From Camelus ferus (taxonomy: Eukaryota): a stretch of 64,000 nucleotides of DNA. The stretch covers positions 87,360,001 through 87,424,000 of the forward strand of contig NC_045697.1 in assembly GCF_009834535.1 (NCBI RefSeq), read 5' to 3'. Positions 1 to 11,450 of this stretch are shown one piece after another. How positions within the stretch are numbered: the stretch's first letter is position 1; every line of letters starts with the position of its first letter. A program made the translations under genes and the position numbers. A model generated the notes under the pieces. It saw nothing but the letters and a program-made list of their open reading frames with translations. It was not told the origin of the DNA and ran no database searches.

Positions 1-100
1 GACTGGCTCGGGCCAATGACGTGAGTGGAGTGACAGGTACCACTTCTGAGCAGCAGCTTTAAAGAGCCGCCTCTCTTTTCCCTGTCACCGACCAGCAATT
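1..100 (+). mobile_element. Old MaLR LTR fragment (MLT1H/I/J-like)
   Basis: GGCCAATGAC..GAGTGGAGTGAC..CACTTCTGAGCAGCAGCTTTAAAGAGCC resembles MLT1 LTR body sequence. Confidence 0.5.
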
Positions 101-179
101 TCCTAGAAAAAATACTAGTAGTCGACTTGTTTTCTTTCAGTTCATAGAAGAGCAAGGGTTCAAAAATATGAAAATACAT

Positions 180-1290
180 AGAGCTTAATAATATTATTAA
201 TAAGTAAATAGCTTTATAATATATGTCATTTTCTCTCCTAATAATGGAGAATATATCTTCATTTTAAGTATATCTGAATTGATACATTTTATCAGCCCAC
301 AAAGGAAACCTCAGCATATTCCCAAAATTCAAAAAGAGTATGGGGAGGAGGGTATAGCTCTGTGGTAGAGTGTGTGCTTGATGGCAGAGTGAGTGCTTAG
401 CATGCACAAGGTCCTGGGTTCAATTCCCAGTACCTCCAATAAAAAATAATAATAATAAATCAATAAATCTAGTTACCTCTCCACTCCCCCAAAGAGCAGA
501 ATATAGATAGAATTCTCCAATTACAATGAAAACAACCCAGAAATTAATAAAAATAAAAGCCCCTAGTACCTGGAAATGAAAGGCAGAAAACAAATCAATA
601 AAACCTGCAATTCTTGGCTCAAAGAAGAAATACAAACTGAAATACATAGATAAGATACATACAAAATACAAGGAATACAAAACCTCCATATCATAACATA
701 TGGGATATAGCTAAAGCAATTTTTAGAGGAAAACTTCATAGCTTTATGTGTTTAAATCAATAAAAAATAAACAATTTCCTGAGAAATTCAAAAGGAAGGA
801 ATATAAAAATAAAATATAAATTAATAAATTGGAAAACAGAAACACAGTAACAAATATAAATACATTCAAAATAAGTCCTTGGAAAATGCAATAAAATAGA
901 CAAATTGATAGCTGAACAACTAGTTTATAGGAAACAAAATATAAATATAGTTTAGTGTGTACCTATAATTTACTATATTTACAGTCTTTAATATACTCTG
1001 AAAAGATTTTCAACTCTACTACTGTTCTAAGAGAAATACAAAATAAAACCACACCTAGGTACCATTTTTCACTTATCTGATTGGAAAACACTGAAAAACT
1101 TGATGACTCACTGTGTCGATGAGGCCTTGAGGAAATAAACTCTCTTTAACAGATCTAATGGGTGTGAAAACTGTATCATCTCTTTTGATGGGAATTTGAA
1201 AATATCTCGCAAAACAAAAACTCCATAAACCTTGCCAATTCACTTTCAGGATTTTATCCTGCAGATACGTTCACACAAGGATGAACATGT
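180..1290 (+). mobile_element. Degenerate L1 (L1ME-like) ORF2 and 3' fragments, interrupted by a SINE
   Basis: A-rich strand with L1 ORF2 remnants (TATGGGATATAGCTAAAGCAATTTTTAGAGGAAAAC; AAATACAAAATAAAACCACA..TACCATTTTTCAC). Confidence 0.75.
342..493 (+). mobile_element. tRNA-Ala-derived camelid SINE (Vic-1-like)
   Basis: GGGGAGGAGGGTATAGCTC-GTGGTAGAG head with A-box, GGTTCAATTCC B-box, then CAGTACCTCCA and an AT-rich tail ending TAGTTACCTC..CCCCC. Confidence 0.85.
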
Positions 1291-1369
1291 TTATCTTTTA
1301 GTTTTGTTTTCACTGAGCAGGGGAAAAAGAAATGATGGAACACCTATAGTATTTCAGACAGTTCACACA

Positions 1370-1530
1370 TGCATCTCATTTAATTCTGAGAACAACATAG
1401 TGATGTAATTACTCTTTCCATTTTATAAACAAAGCCACCAAGGCTCAGAGAGACATGCCACTTGTCAAGGTTGCTCATGTAGTGAATGTCAAAACTGGTT
1501 TCAAATCCTACTCTGATCCGTCTGACCCTA
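1370..1530 (-). mobile_element. MIR SINE
   Basis: CATCTCATTTAATTCT..CCATTTTATAAAC..GGCTCAGAGAG..ACTTGTCAAGGT core. Confidence 0.75.
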
Positions 1531-1714
1531 AAGGTATCCCTCATGGACTCTAAGGAACTACGTGTCCTTATTTGTAAAAACCAAGAGACTGATGGACTCT
1601 AAGATTCCTTCACCTCTGATTCTGAATGCAGCCCCCCTGCCCATTTCTCTCAGTATAATTCCCATCTCAGGTGGTTGTGTGCACCAGTCGTCTGCTCTTT
1701 TTTCTCGCCAAGTC

Positions 1715-3150
1715 GTATTGTCCATGCTAAGTATGTACCACATTTTGTTTATAATTCACCCGTTGAAAGATTGTTCCCAGTTTTGGGTCATGAATAAAGC
1801 TTCTCTGAACATTCTCGTACAGATATTTATGTGAAGATATCTTCATTTCTTTGGGATAAATGCCCAAGAGTACAGTTTGGGTCATGTGACAGTTATGTGT
1901 TTCATTTCATTTAGGTCTTTTTGATATCTTTCATCTCCATTTTGTAATTTTTACCATACAGAGCCTGTACATGTTTTAAGTTTATGCCTAAATCATTTTT
2001 TGGAGTGATCATAAGTGATAGTGAGTTTTAAATTTTGCTTTGCCCATCTTATTGTTAATGTATAAAGGTACAATTGATTTTTGTGTGTTCATCTCATGTT
2101 CCATCCTGCCATCCTGCTGAGCTCAGTAACTAGTTCTAGGAGTTTATTTGTAGATCTCTTGGGATTTTCTATGTTGACAATCCTGTTATCTCAAATAGGG
2201 ACAGTTTTATTTCTTTCTTTCCAATCTGTATGAATTTTATTTATTTTTCTTACCTTTTTGCAGTGGCTAGAACGTTCAGTACTATGTTAATAACAGCAGT
2301 GAACGTGAACACCCTCACTTTGTCCCCAGTCTTAGAGGAAAAGCATTTAGTGTTCACCGCTAGGTATGTTGCTAACAGTAGGTTTTTTGTAGATGCTTCT
2401 TACCAATTTGGGTATCTCCTCATTCATAAGTTCTTTATTTTTAATCATCAATGAGTGTTAGATTTTGTCAAATGCTTTTTCTGAATCAATACATGTGATG
2501 ATGTGATTTTTCTTCTTTAACCTGGATTATATTGATTTTCAAATGTTAAACCAGGCTTGCAAACCTGGAATAAATCCCACTTGCTCATGAAATAAATAAA
2601 CAAGCAAACAAATAAATAAAACTCTTTTCTTTGTTTATATTGCTGGCTTGAATTTGCTAATCTTTTTTCGAGAATGTTTGCATCTGAGTTTATGAGAGCT
2701 ATGGTCTGTAGTTTTCTTTTTTGTATGATTTTTAAATTTTGCTGAGAGTAATACTAGCCTCATAAAATGAGTTAGAAAGTGTTCTCTCCTTTTCTAATTT
2801 CTAGAAGAGATTGTATAGGACTGGTGTTAATTCTTCTTTAAATATTTTGCAGAATTCTCCAGTGGGGAGATCTGAGCATGGCGATTTCTTTTTCTGGAGT
2901 TTTTTAAGTAATGAATTCAGTTCTTGGATAGTAAAAGATAATTCAGATTATTCGTCTTGGTTAAATTTTATTTGTTTCCCTTTTTGAGAAATTGATCTGC
3001 TTCTTTTAAATTGTCTAACATAGGTATAAGGTTCTTCACAGCAATCCTTTATTTCTCTTTTAATGGCTGCAGGGTCGATAACGATATCTTCTGTTTAATT
3101 TCTGATATTGAGATTTCTGTCTTTTTATCTTCATTTTTTGAATACCTATT
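1715..3150 (-). mobile_element. L1 (L1MB/MC-like) fragments
   Basis: T-rich antisense L1 ORF2/3'UTR text (GATTTTGTCAAATGCTTTTTCTG; CCTGGAATAAATCCCACTTG; AAATGAGTTAGAAAGTGTTC). Confidence 0.85.
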
Positions 3151-3189
3151 TTAATCTTAATTCCATCATCTGGAACGCAAGATGACTGC

Positions 3190-3665
3190 ATTGCTTTCCA
3201 ATTGCTGCTGTAACAAATGAACACAAATTTAGTGACTTGAAACAACTCAAGTTTATTGTCTTACAGTTCCGAGGTCAGGAGTCCAAAATGGATCTCATTA
3301 CACTAACACCAAGGTGTTAGCAAGACGGTGTTCACTTCCGGAGGCTCCAAGGGACGATCTGCTTTCTCACTTTTGGCCAGGTTCTAGAAGCTTCCCACAT
3401 TCCCTGGCTCATGGCTCTTTCTGTCTTCCCACCTTACATCACTCTGACTCCCTCTACTGCTGCCCAGTTCTACATTTAAGGATGCTTGTGATTATGCTGG
3501 GCTCACCCCAATAATCCAGGATCATCTCCCTATATGAAGGTCAACTAATTAACAACCTTAATTCTGCCTGCAACCCAATTTCCTGCTTGCCATGTAATGT
3601 AACAAATTCACTGGTTCTAGAAAGTAGGACACGGACACCACTGGAAGGACATTGACCTGCCTGCA
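3190..3665 (-). mobile_element. MaLR solo LTR (MLT1C/D-like)
   Basis: TTGCTGCTGTAACAAAT..CACAAATTTAGTGACTTGAAACAAC..TTTATTGTCTTACAGTT; ATAATCCAGGATCATCTCCC. Confidence 0.85.
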
Positions 3666-4079
3666 ATCTATATACAGTAATGTGTGAAAGAGTGTTTCAC
3701 AAATTTTAATGCACTCATGTAATATTTACTGAACATCAGCTATATGCCAGACACGGCAGGAGATGCTAACCTCAGCGAAGTTTTCTCTACTGCAAATAAG
3801 CACTTTCTCCACCGGGATGGGCTTTTTCATTCTCGCCAGTAAATCTCACACTTCCATTCACAAGCAGTACTGGGCTATGAGAATTCTCCAAGTCAGGCTT
3901 TTCCAAACTTGCCTGACTTGGGAGATGTTCGTTTTCCCTAGATTGTCATTTCCTGGCCCCTTCTTCTGCTTATCGGGAAAGCCTGCCTCTCCCTCTCTAT
4001 TTCCCTCTTCAACCCCCTAACCCTGTGATTCTGATTGCCGGTGCCTGTAACACCCTTAGTCCCCTTCAAACACTGCTAG

Positions 4080-4870
4080 CTTAACATTTTCACACTGTGC
4101 TGTCATCTTTGGTCTATTGTCTGCCATCTCTGCTAAACCTGTAAGGTGTATGAAAGCAGGGACTGAGTTTTTACTTTTTTACTATCTCCAGTTCCTAGCA
4201 CAATGCCTGGAACAAAGTGGGCACTATAATAATAAAATAATGTCTTGTCAAATGTATGAATAATGCTTAAATCCTAAAGTTTTGTGTTCAGCCTCTTCTG
4301 TTCTTTTCTTTGATCTCTGCCTTAGGGATTCTCTCCATATATTCAACTACCTGCTCTGTGCATGAGACTCAAATACCCAGGTTCACATGTTACTGCTCTC
4401 CCAAGTTTTTGGTGTCTGCTGGACGGACCGTCGTGCTATTCTCCATACAATTTCCAAACCATATTCAAAATATAATGTATTATTTTCCTGCCAAATAAGC
4501 TCTATTTAAAATTTAGCTTCGTGTTATTTCCGCCTCCTGTTAGCTTGAAACTTTCATGTACCTTGCTTTCTCTCGTGTCCAGTCCGTTGCCAAGTCTCGT
4601 GAATGACCTGTCTCCCAAATCCCCTCTGTTTTAATTTTTCTGGAGTCCAGGCTTCATCAAATTGTAAGTGGCTATTCCAGTAGTGTCCTAACAAGTCTCC
4701 TCTGGTCTCTCCCCCTTTTAATCCAGCCTACATCACAGGTCGTGTTTCCTAAATCACAGCAATCTAGTCATTATCTTGCTAATCAGACTTTTAATGCCTC
4801 CTTCTCGTCCAAAGAGTACAACCCTCCGTCTACTTCCCTATCATATTTGCATTTTTTTGTCCTCCACTTA
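4080..4870 (+). mobile_element. L2 LINE fragments including a 3' end
   Basis: CCTAGCACAATGCCTGGAACAAAGTGGGCACT..TGAATAA is the L2 3' terminus; pyrimidine-rich L2 body follows. Confidence 0.65.
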
Positions 4871-4881
4871 AACAGGACTAC

Positions 4882-5290
4882 TGTGGTTGGCAGAATCATG
4901 GGTTTCTCCACTCCAAATGTCCATGACCTAATCTCTAGAACCCATGAATATATTATCTGACATAGCAAAAGAGACCTTGCAGATGTGACTACATTAAGGG
5001 ACTTGAGATGGGGAGATTATAAATGTGGGCACAATGTAAAAAAAAAAGGGGGGTCCTTATAAGAGGGAGGCGAGTGGGTCTGAGTCAGAGGGGGAGGCGT
5101 TATGATGGAAGCAGAAGTCAGGGTGATGTGGGGCCAGGAGTCAAGACTTGCAGTGAGACCAGAAGGAAGGCAGCCTTGCTGGCCCATTTCAGACTGCTGA
5201 CCCCCAGAGCTGGAAGATCATTAAATCTGTGCTGTTTTAAGCCACCAAATTTGTGGTGAATGTTTACAGCCGCAATAGGAAGCCAGCACA
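4882..5290 (+). mobile_element. MaLR solo LTR (MLT1D-like)
   Basis: TGTGGTTGGCAGAATCATGG..CTTGCAGATGTGACT..CTTGAGATGGGGAGATTAT..GTTTTAAGCCACCAAATTTGTGG..CA. Confidence 0.85.
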
Positions 5291-5499
5291 AGTAATTGCC
5301 TGCTTTTCTCATTCTGCAGTATAGTTCAGGTTACTTAGTTTGTGTGCCTCCTCATTTTTCCAGTTTGTTGAGTCTGTCCACCTCAAGGTTCATCTCAGAC
5401 GCTGCTGCTTCTTCCCTAGAGCCTTCCTAGAACCTGATCTGGGGCACCTCATTCAGGGACATATTGCTCACCCCACCGACTATAATGACCTCCGATCAG

Positions 5500-6332
5500 C
5501 CTTCATACTACTGCCTAAGATGCAGACCAACGCTTCTCGCCCCAACCTCGGGTCAGCCAGACTTGAGGTTCAGGGCACAGACTTCCAGATTGCCGCATCT
5601 GCCCAGGACTTCTGACCCCAGGATCCTGGAGCCACTCTCACTTCCGACCAGCTGAATACAAATTCAAGGGTCTCCACAGCCCCCTCAGGTCAGTGATTTG
5701 CTAGGATGACTCACAGGACTCATGAAATTGCTTTACCTGCAATTACGGTTTTAGTAAGGTTAAAGGATGCAAATCAGAACCAGCCAAGGGAAGACATGCA
5801 TAAGGTGGAATCCGGGACTGGAAAGATTCCAAATGTGAAGCTTCCATGTCCTCGGGGACACACTGCCCTCCCAGCATCGATGTGTAGAGACACACACTGA
5901 AGTTTTGCCTACCCTGGAAGCTCACCTGAGCTCCAGTCGTCCCGGCTTTTATCGAGCCATCACTAAGTAGGGTAATTGACTGATGCATTGCCCCTGTGTT
6001 TGAGCTTGATTTCCAGCCTCCCTCCCCTCCCCAGAGGTTGAGCTGACGCCACATGGCTCAAAGCTCCAACTCTCTCATCACATGACTGGTCTTTCTAACA
6101 TGGTCTCTCTAACATGGCCCCTTAAGAGTATGGGTGTGCTGGCCCTATCCTGGTGTCATCTAATTAGCATAAACTGTCAGTGCCCACTGTGAGCCCCCTC
6201 ATCAGTGTAACTGTCCCATGTTCAGGGGCCCACCATGAATAACAGGCACTCCTATCACTCAGGAAATCCCAGGGCTTACAGGTTACCTCCCAAGAACTCT
6301 CAGTGAAGTTCAGTCCAATTCTTTGCTACACA
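5500..6332 (-). mobile_element. ERV LTR (MER21-like)
   Basis: GATTTGCTAGGATGACTCACAGGACTCA..AAAGGATGCAAATCAGAACCAGCCAAGGGAAGACATGCATA..CTCAGGAAATCCCAGGG..ATTCTTTGCTACACA. Confidence 0.7.
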
Positions 6333-8399
6333 CCCCCTGATTAGAGTCCTTCACTGGCTCCCTTACTTTGAAAATGAAATGCAAACTACTTACTAGGATA
6401 TTCCAGGACCTTCATGAAAAGCAGCCTGATGAAATGGGCTTAAAAACCTCTTTGTGAATAAAGGAGGAGCTCATGCTCACTGCCTGGAATATATGACATA
6501 CTCAACAAATTCTTCTTAAATTAATTATTGACTGACTGATGAGACGGAAGGAAAAGTATAAAGCAAACAAACAAGATAAATTGCTTAGACAAGAAAGCTA
6601 TTTACCAGAGTACTGAGAAAATTCAGATTTTGCAGATGAGGTGGTAGGGAGAGAAAAATAACAATAACATTTATAAACTAAAAAGGGGCAAAGAATTTGT
6701 TGAGAAAAGGAAAAATAATAAAAACTTAGATCTCTTTTCCACGGCTCTTGGAAATTGATTATTTTAAATAATAGTTTTTTATTTTGGCTTCTGCGTTTAG
6801 CCTAGAGTCTAAAGAGTTTGCCTCCTCATTTCTAGACCAACATAGGTCAGTCTCTCTTCTTTGTCTTTTTATGAAGTCACTGTATCTAAACAGGGTGGAG
6901 TAAGATCATGATAAAATATTAAAATAGAAATCGATCCTTGAAATAGATATGCAGTGTGTATAATAGAGACAGGACTTAGAAGTGTACATTTATGAAGACA
7001 CTGCTTATTTGATGTGCTATATCCCCTATCAAGACATAAGAATAATGTACATAATGTGTGATAAGACTTTTGGATGACACTATCTTTGCAAAAGGATTTT
7101 TGATGCAATTTCCATTTCTTCTTCCTGTGACTTCAAACACAAACAGGAAGATGCCAGCTTACTAGTTTTACTGCAATCACAGTTATATTGTTTGATTCTA
7201 TACCTTTGTGTAGAATAAAACCATGTAACTACGGAATACAAGGGCAATGTCAATGCTTGTCAAGAGGAAATTACATGGCATAGACGTTATACCACAAAGA
7301 ATACCATCTATATTTTCTCCTGTCTTACCTGGAGTTAAGGGATTTTCATTTTTAAAGTAAATATCTCTTTCTATATAATTAATAATTTAAAGAAAGTGAT
7401 TTTCATATATTAACAAAGAATTTAAGAAATTATCTTGCAGCTCAGGCCTCACTAGGGTAGACTTGACAAAATTGTCTCTTCCTATCTTAATACTGGAAGA
7501 AGAGGCAAGACAGAGCAGCAGCCTTATTGGTGGATGAAAACGAAGGCGATGGGACAAACTCCTTCCAGGTATTATACTAGTTTCCCCCCATCACAGCCCC
7601 AGACATTTCCTTCCGAGGCATGTAAACCTGATGTCAAAATAATATAACATGAACTGATTTGTGCAAATGATTGCAACTACTTTATAATTAAATGTCTAGG
7701 GAATTATATATGTGAAATAGATATCTCTGTCCGTACCAGGGATTTAATTACATCCTGGATTAAAAGAAATTTGGACCCAAGATTGAAAACAGATGGTCAA
7801 TCACCTCATGTCCCAATGGTTGCTTTGTAAGCAAGTGACACTGGATTCTGTGCCTTCAAGAACATTTCCCCCACCTCATTGTTTTTGTCAAATACTCATT
7901 AAAGAAAAAAACACAAAGAACTCCACTGTTAGAGTTCGCCCGGGGTTTCTCGAATGTTAGAAATCAGCGGGATTAGCAAGGTTTGCTTGGAAAATTGTCT
8001 TAAGCATTTACCCTCGTGATTTGTCTCTAATCTTGGAAGCAAACAGCTGATTTATTAAATCACCATGGTACGTCTTATTCTTCCTACTTGTGAAAATCCA
8101 AAATCTGGAATTTAGATTGTGGTTCGTCTCCTTTTCTACCGTGACGTTTTTCACGTTATACAAATGAGCAAGTAAGGTGAGATGGGGATATGTTTGATAT
8201 TCTTCACCCTCTTGATGAGATGATGAGCCTCCCTTCCCCCAAGACACACAAATGTATTGAAATAAAGAAATATACAAGCAATTCTTGTTAATATTTTGTT
8301 GACCTGATTGTTAGAGTAAACAGAAAGAATTTGAGTTTTCTCCTTCAGTTAATGAATTAGGCTTTTCCAGTTAGAAGGAGAGCCTTTGTTGAATTGCGC

Positions 8400-9560
8400 A
8401 AAATACGTAGATTGAACTTCAGCACTATATGGGTGCTGAGATACAGCGGTGAGCTGGCCATACGCTTCGTAGAGCCTCTCAGTCTAGAAGGAAAGATAGA
8501 CTTTTAAACAAGTGGTTAAAAATAAATAATTACAATTGTGTAACACTTGTGCAAAGAATTCCAGTCTACAGTTCCAGTGGATACGGTGGAACAGCATGCA
8601 ACTGAGGAAGACATCATGTGCAAAACTTCTCGAGGTTAGAAAAACCTGGGCATATGCCTGGAACGGAAAGAATTCCAACGGGTTGCAGCAGAGAGGAGGG
8701 GCTGCGGCTGACGAGAGAGGCTGGGGCCGGATCTCAGAGTGACCTGAGGCCAGTTTGCAAGTTGGAATTGGAGTCACTGGACAATGGGAAGCAACTGGAC
8801 AGTTTTTATGTGGGAGAAAAAAAAAGATTAGATTTGTGTTTCGGGAAGATCACACCGGCAGCCGTATAGAAGCTCGTCTGGGTAGGAGTTGACAACACTT
8901 GTTCTGGGGGAAAACAGGGTGTTCCCGAGGGAAGTAGGGCCTTGAGGGAGGCGCAGGAAGTAGAACTGTCAGAACTGGTGTTTAACTGGATGTGAGGGGG
9001 AGGAAAAGGCTTCTGATTTGGGCATGTGGGACAGAACCGCCTTTTACGGAGACCGGAAATGCTAGGAGAGGAGGAGTGAATGAGTGTGAATGAGAAGAGA
9101 GGTTATGCTATGTTCCGTTTTGGAGTCGTTGAGTTGCTGGTGCCTGTTACACATCCAAGTGGATTATCTATATGGGTCTACTGTTCAGAAGTGAAGTCCA
9201 GGCTGGAGATATTTGGCCACCGTTTGGATAAATACGATAAAGAAGCTGTGGGAATGGCTGAGATCACTTGAGCAGAGAATGCGGAGTGAGAAAGGAGCCC
9301 AGAAACAGGATGATCATAAATCCCAGTTTGCCTGGAATAGTCCTGGTTAACACTTACTGCCCAGGTATAATTGTTAATTGCATCACTTTCCCTCTCAACA
9401 GTGCCCAATTTGGACCATAAATAGTCATTCTATTTAAGGCAGAGCCAGAGGAATGCCAATATTTAAAGCTTGAGTGAGGCAGAGCCACAAAAGGAGCCGG
9501 AGAAAGTGATGCTGCTGAGGCCAGCGGAAGGCAAAGTCTCAAAAAAATTTGCATATGGCA
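8400..9560 (-). mobile_element. L2 LINE, degenerate
   Basis: Purine-rich antisense L2 text (GGGAAGCAACTGGACAGTTTT..AGATTTGTGTTTCGGGAAGATCAC; TTGAGTTGCTGGTGCCTGTTACACATCCAAGTGGA). Confidence 0.7.
9306..9432. mobile_element. Small hAT-Blackjack MITE (MER94/MER81-like) nested in L2
   Basis: Degenerate terminal inverted repeats CAGGATGATCATA ... ATAGTCATTCTA; internal CCCAGTTTGCCTGGAATAGTCC and CTCTCAACAGTGCCCAATTTGGAC. Confidence 0.6.
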
Positions 9561-10224
9561 TTGCACGGGGTTCGCTCCTGTGTTCTGTAATGATTGAACT
9601 GTAGGACAGCTCAGATAGGGCTAAGCGTGGAACAAAGATTAGTTCAGGAATGCAGGCAGAGGTGGCGGGGGGTCAGTTCTGGAGTAAGGTGAGTGCCACT
9701 CAGATTGAAAAAAATACAGACTTAGACAGTAGAAATACAAAATAATTTTCTCATCTTGGCAAGTATGTTAGGGAGACTATTAGGAAGGTTAACATCAACA
9801 AGCTGAACTACTTTTAGTTCCTCCCTCAAGCCATGCCATTTCTTGTCTCCAGAAGTTTGAGCTTTCCCAGCCTGCAAATCCCTTCCCTCCATCTTCCTCT
9901 TTACACTCAAGATAAGGTTCTGGTGTCACCTTTTCCAGAACCTTCTTATCTAGGTCCTCCTCTGAGACTGGGTTGACCTCCTCTAGCTCAGCTCTGTCCC
10001 CATAGCTCTACTAAGGCTCCTGCCGTTTCATAGTGAAATTTATTGTCTCTCTCCTTCACCAGAGTGTAAATCCTCCTTCTCAGACTTTAAATTTCTTAAA
10101 GACAAGGAGTGTGGCCTATTCTTATTTATTTTTGTATCCTTGGTCACCACATATGATTTTGTATGTAGTAGAAACTCAGTAAATATTGAATTAAAGAAAA
10201 ATATAGGAGAAAAGTCAGAATCAT

Positions 10225-11450
10225 TTTCTTTTTATTGAGGTCAGATTTATATACGGTGAAATTCATGGATCATAAATATGCAATTATTGAGTTTTGATAA
10301 ATGTATTCCAATGTAACTACTATTCTAATAAAGAGAACACTTCTAGCATCTCAGAAAGTTTCCTCATGCCCCTTTGCCAGTCAATCCCTACTCCCTATCA
10401 TAGGCAATCACTATTTTGATTTCTGTTCTTATAGATGAGTTTTTACCTGTTCTAGAATTTCATAAAAACGCAATCATATGGTGTGCATTCTTTTGTGTCT
10501 GGCTTAATGCTAAGCGATATTTCAAAATATCGCTTAGCATCGTAAGTGGTATTTCAAAATATCGCTTAGCATCGTATTTGTGAAACTGACCCATTCTGAT
10601 GTGTGCATCAGTAGTCCATTCCATTTTATTGTCGAGTGGTGTTTCACTGAATGAATATGCTACAATTTGTTTATACATCCTCCTGTTGATGGGCATTTCG
10701 GGAGTTTCCAGTTTGGGACTATTATAAATAAAATTGTTTTGAAAAATCATATAGAAACCTTTTTGTGGACATATGTTTTCCTTCTTCTTAGGAAATACCT
10801 AGAAGGAGACTTGCTGGATCATAAGATATATGTGGCAGGGTGAGGGGGTGGAGGGTGTAAATAAGAAAGTGCCATACTGTTTTCCAAGGTGGTTGTACCA
10901 TTTTTACGTTTCCACCAGCAACCTTTGAGCATTCTAAGTTGCTCAGCTCCTTAATACCATTTGGATGGTCAATCTTTTATAACTTTAGCTGTTCTAGCAG
11001 GTGAGAGATGGATTCTTTGTGGTTTTATCTCCATTTTTCTGATGAGTAAATGATATGATGAGCAGCTTTTTGTGAACTTATTCATATATATTCATTTGTG
11101 ATAAATCTGTCTCCTGCCTATTTTTAAATGTGGTTATTTGCCTTTTTTGTAATAGACTTATAGTTCTTTATATATTCTGGATAAAAGTCTTTTGTCAGAT
11201 ATATGCATTTCAGATATTTTCTCCCAGTCTGTGTCTTGCCTTTTTATTTTCTTAATAGTATCTTCCAATGAGAAGTTTTACATTTTGATGAAGCCCAACC
11301 TACCGTCTTATGTTTAGTGCTTTCTATGTCTGCTTCATGAAATCAGTGCTTTCTCCAGGAGCATAAAGATATTCTATGTTTTCTTCTAGAAGCTTTATAC
11401 TGTTAGCTTTTCTATTTAGGTCTATGATCCATCTTGATAAAATTGGAGTT
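10225..11450 (-). mobile_element. L1 3' region (L1MC/ME-like)
   Basis: TTTTATTGAGGTCAGATTTATATAC (antisense 3' end); TTTTCCAAGGTGGTTGTACCATT; TATATTCTGGATAAAAGTCTTTTGTCAGATAT. Confidence 0.85.

Noticed and set aside
342..440. tRNA-Ala-like sequence (also 52760-52840 on the minus strand)
   Set aside because: These are SINE heads: the acceptor stem is broken, AT-rich SINE tails follow, and one copy has an internal duplication. They are not tRNA genes.
10518..10576. Repeat-spacer-repeat pattern superficially like CRISPR
   Set aside because: Only two units with a 5-nt gap, inside a mammalian L1, with no cas genes. A local mutation explains it.
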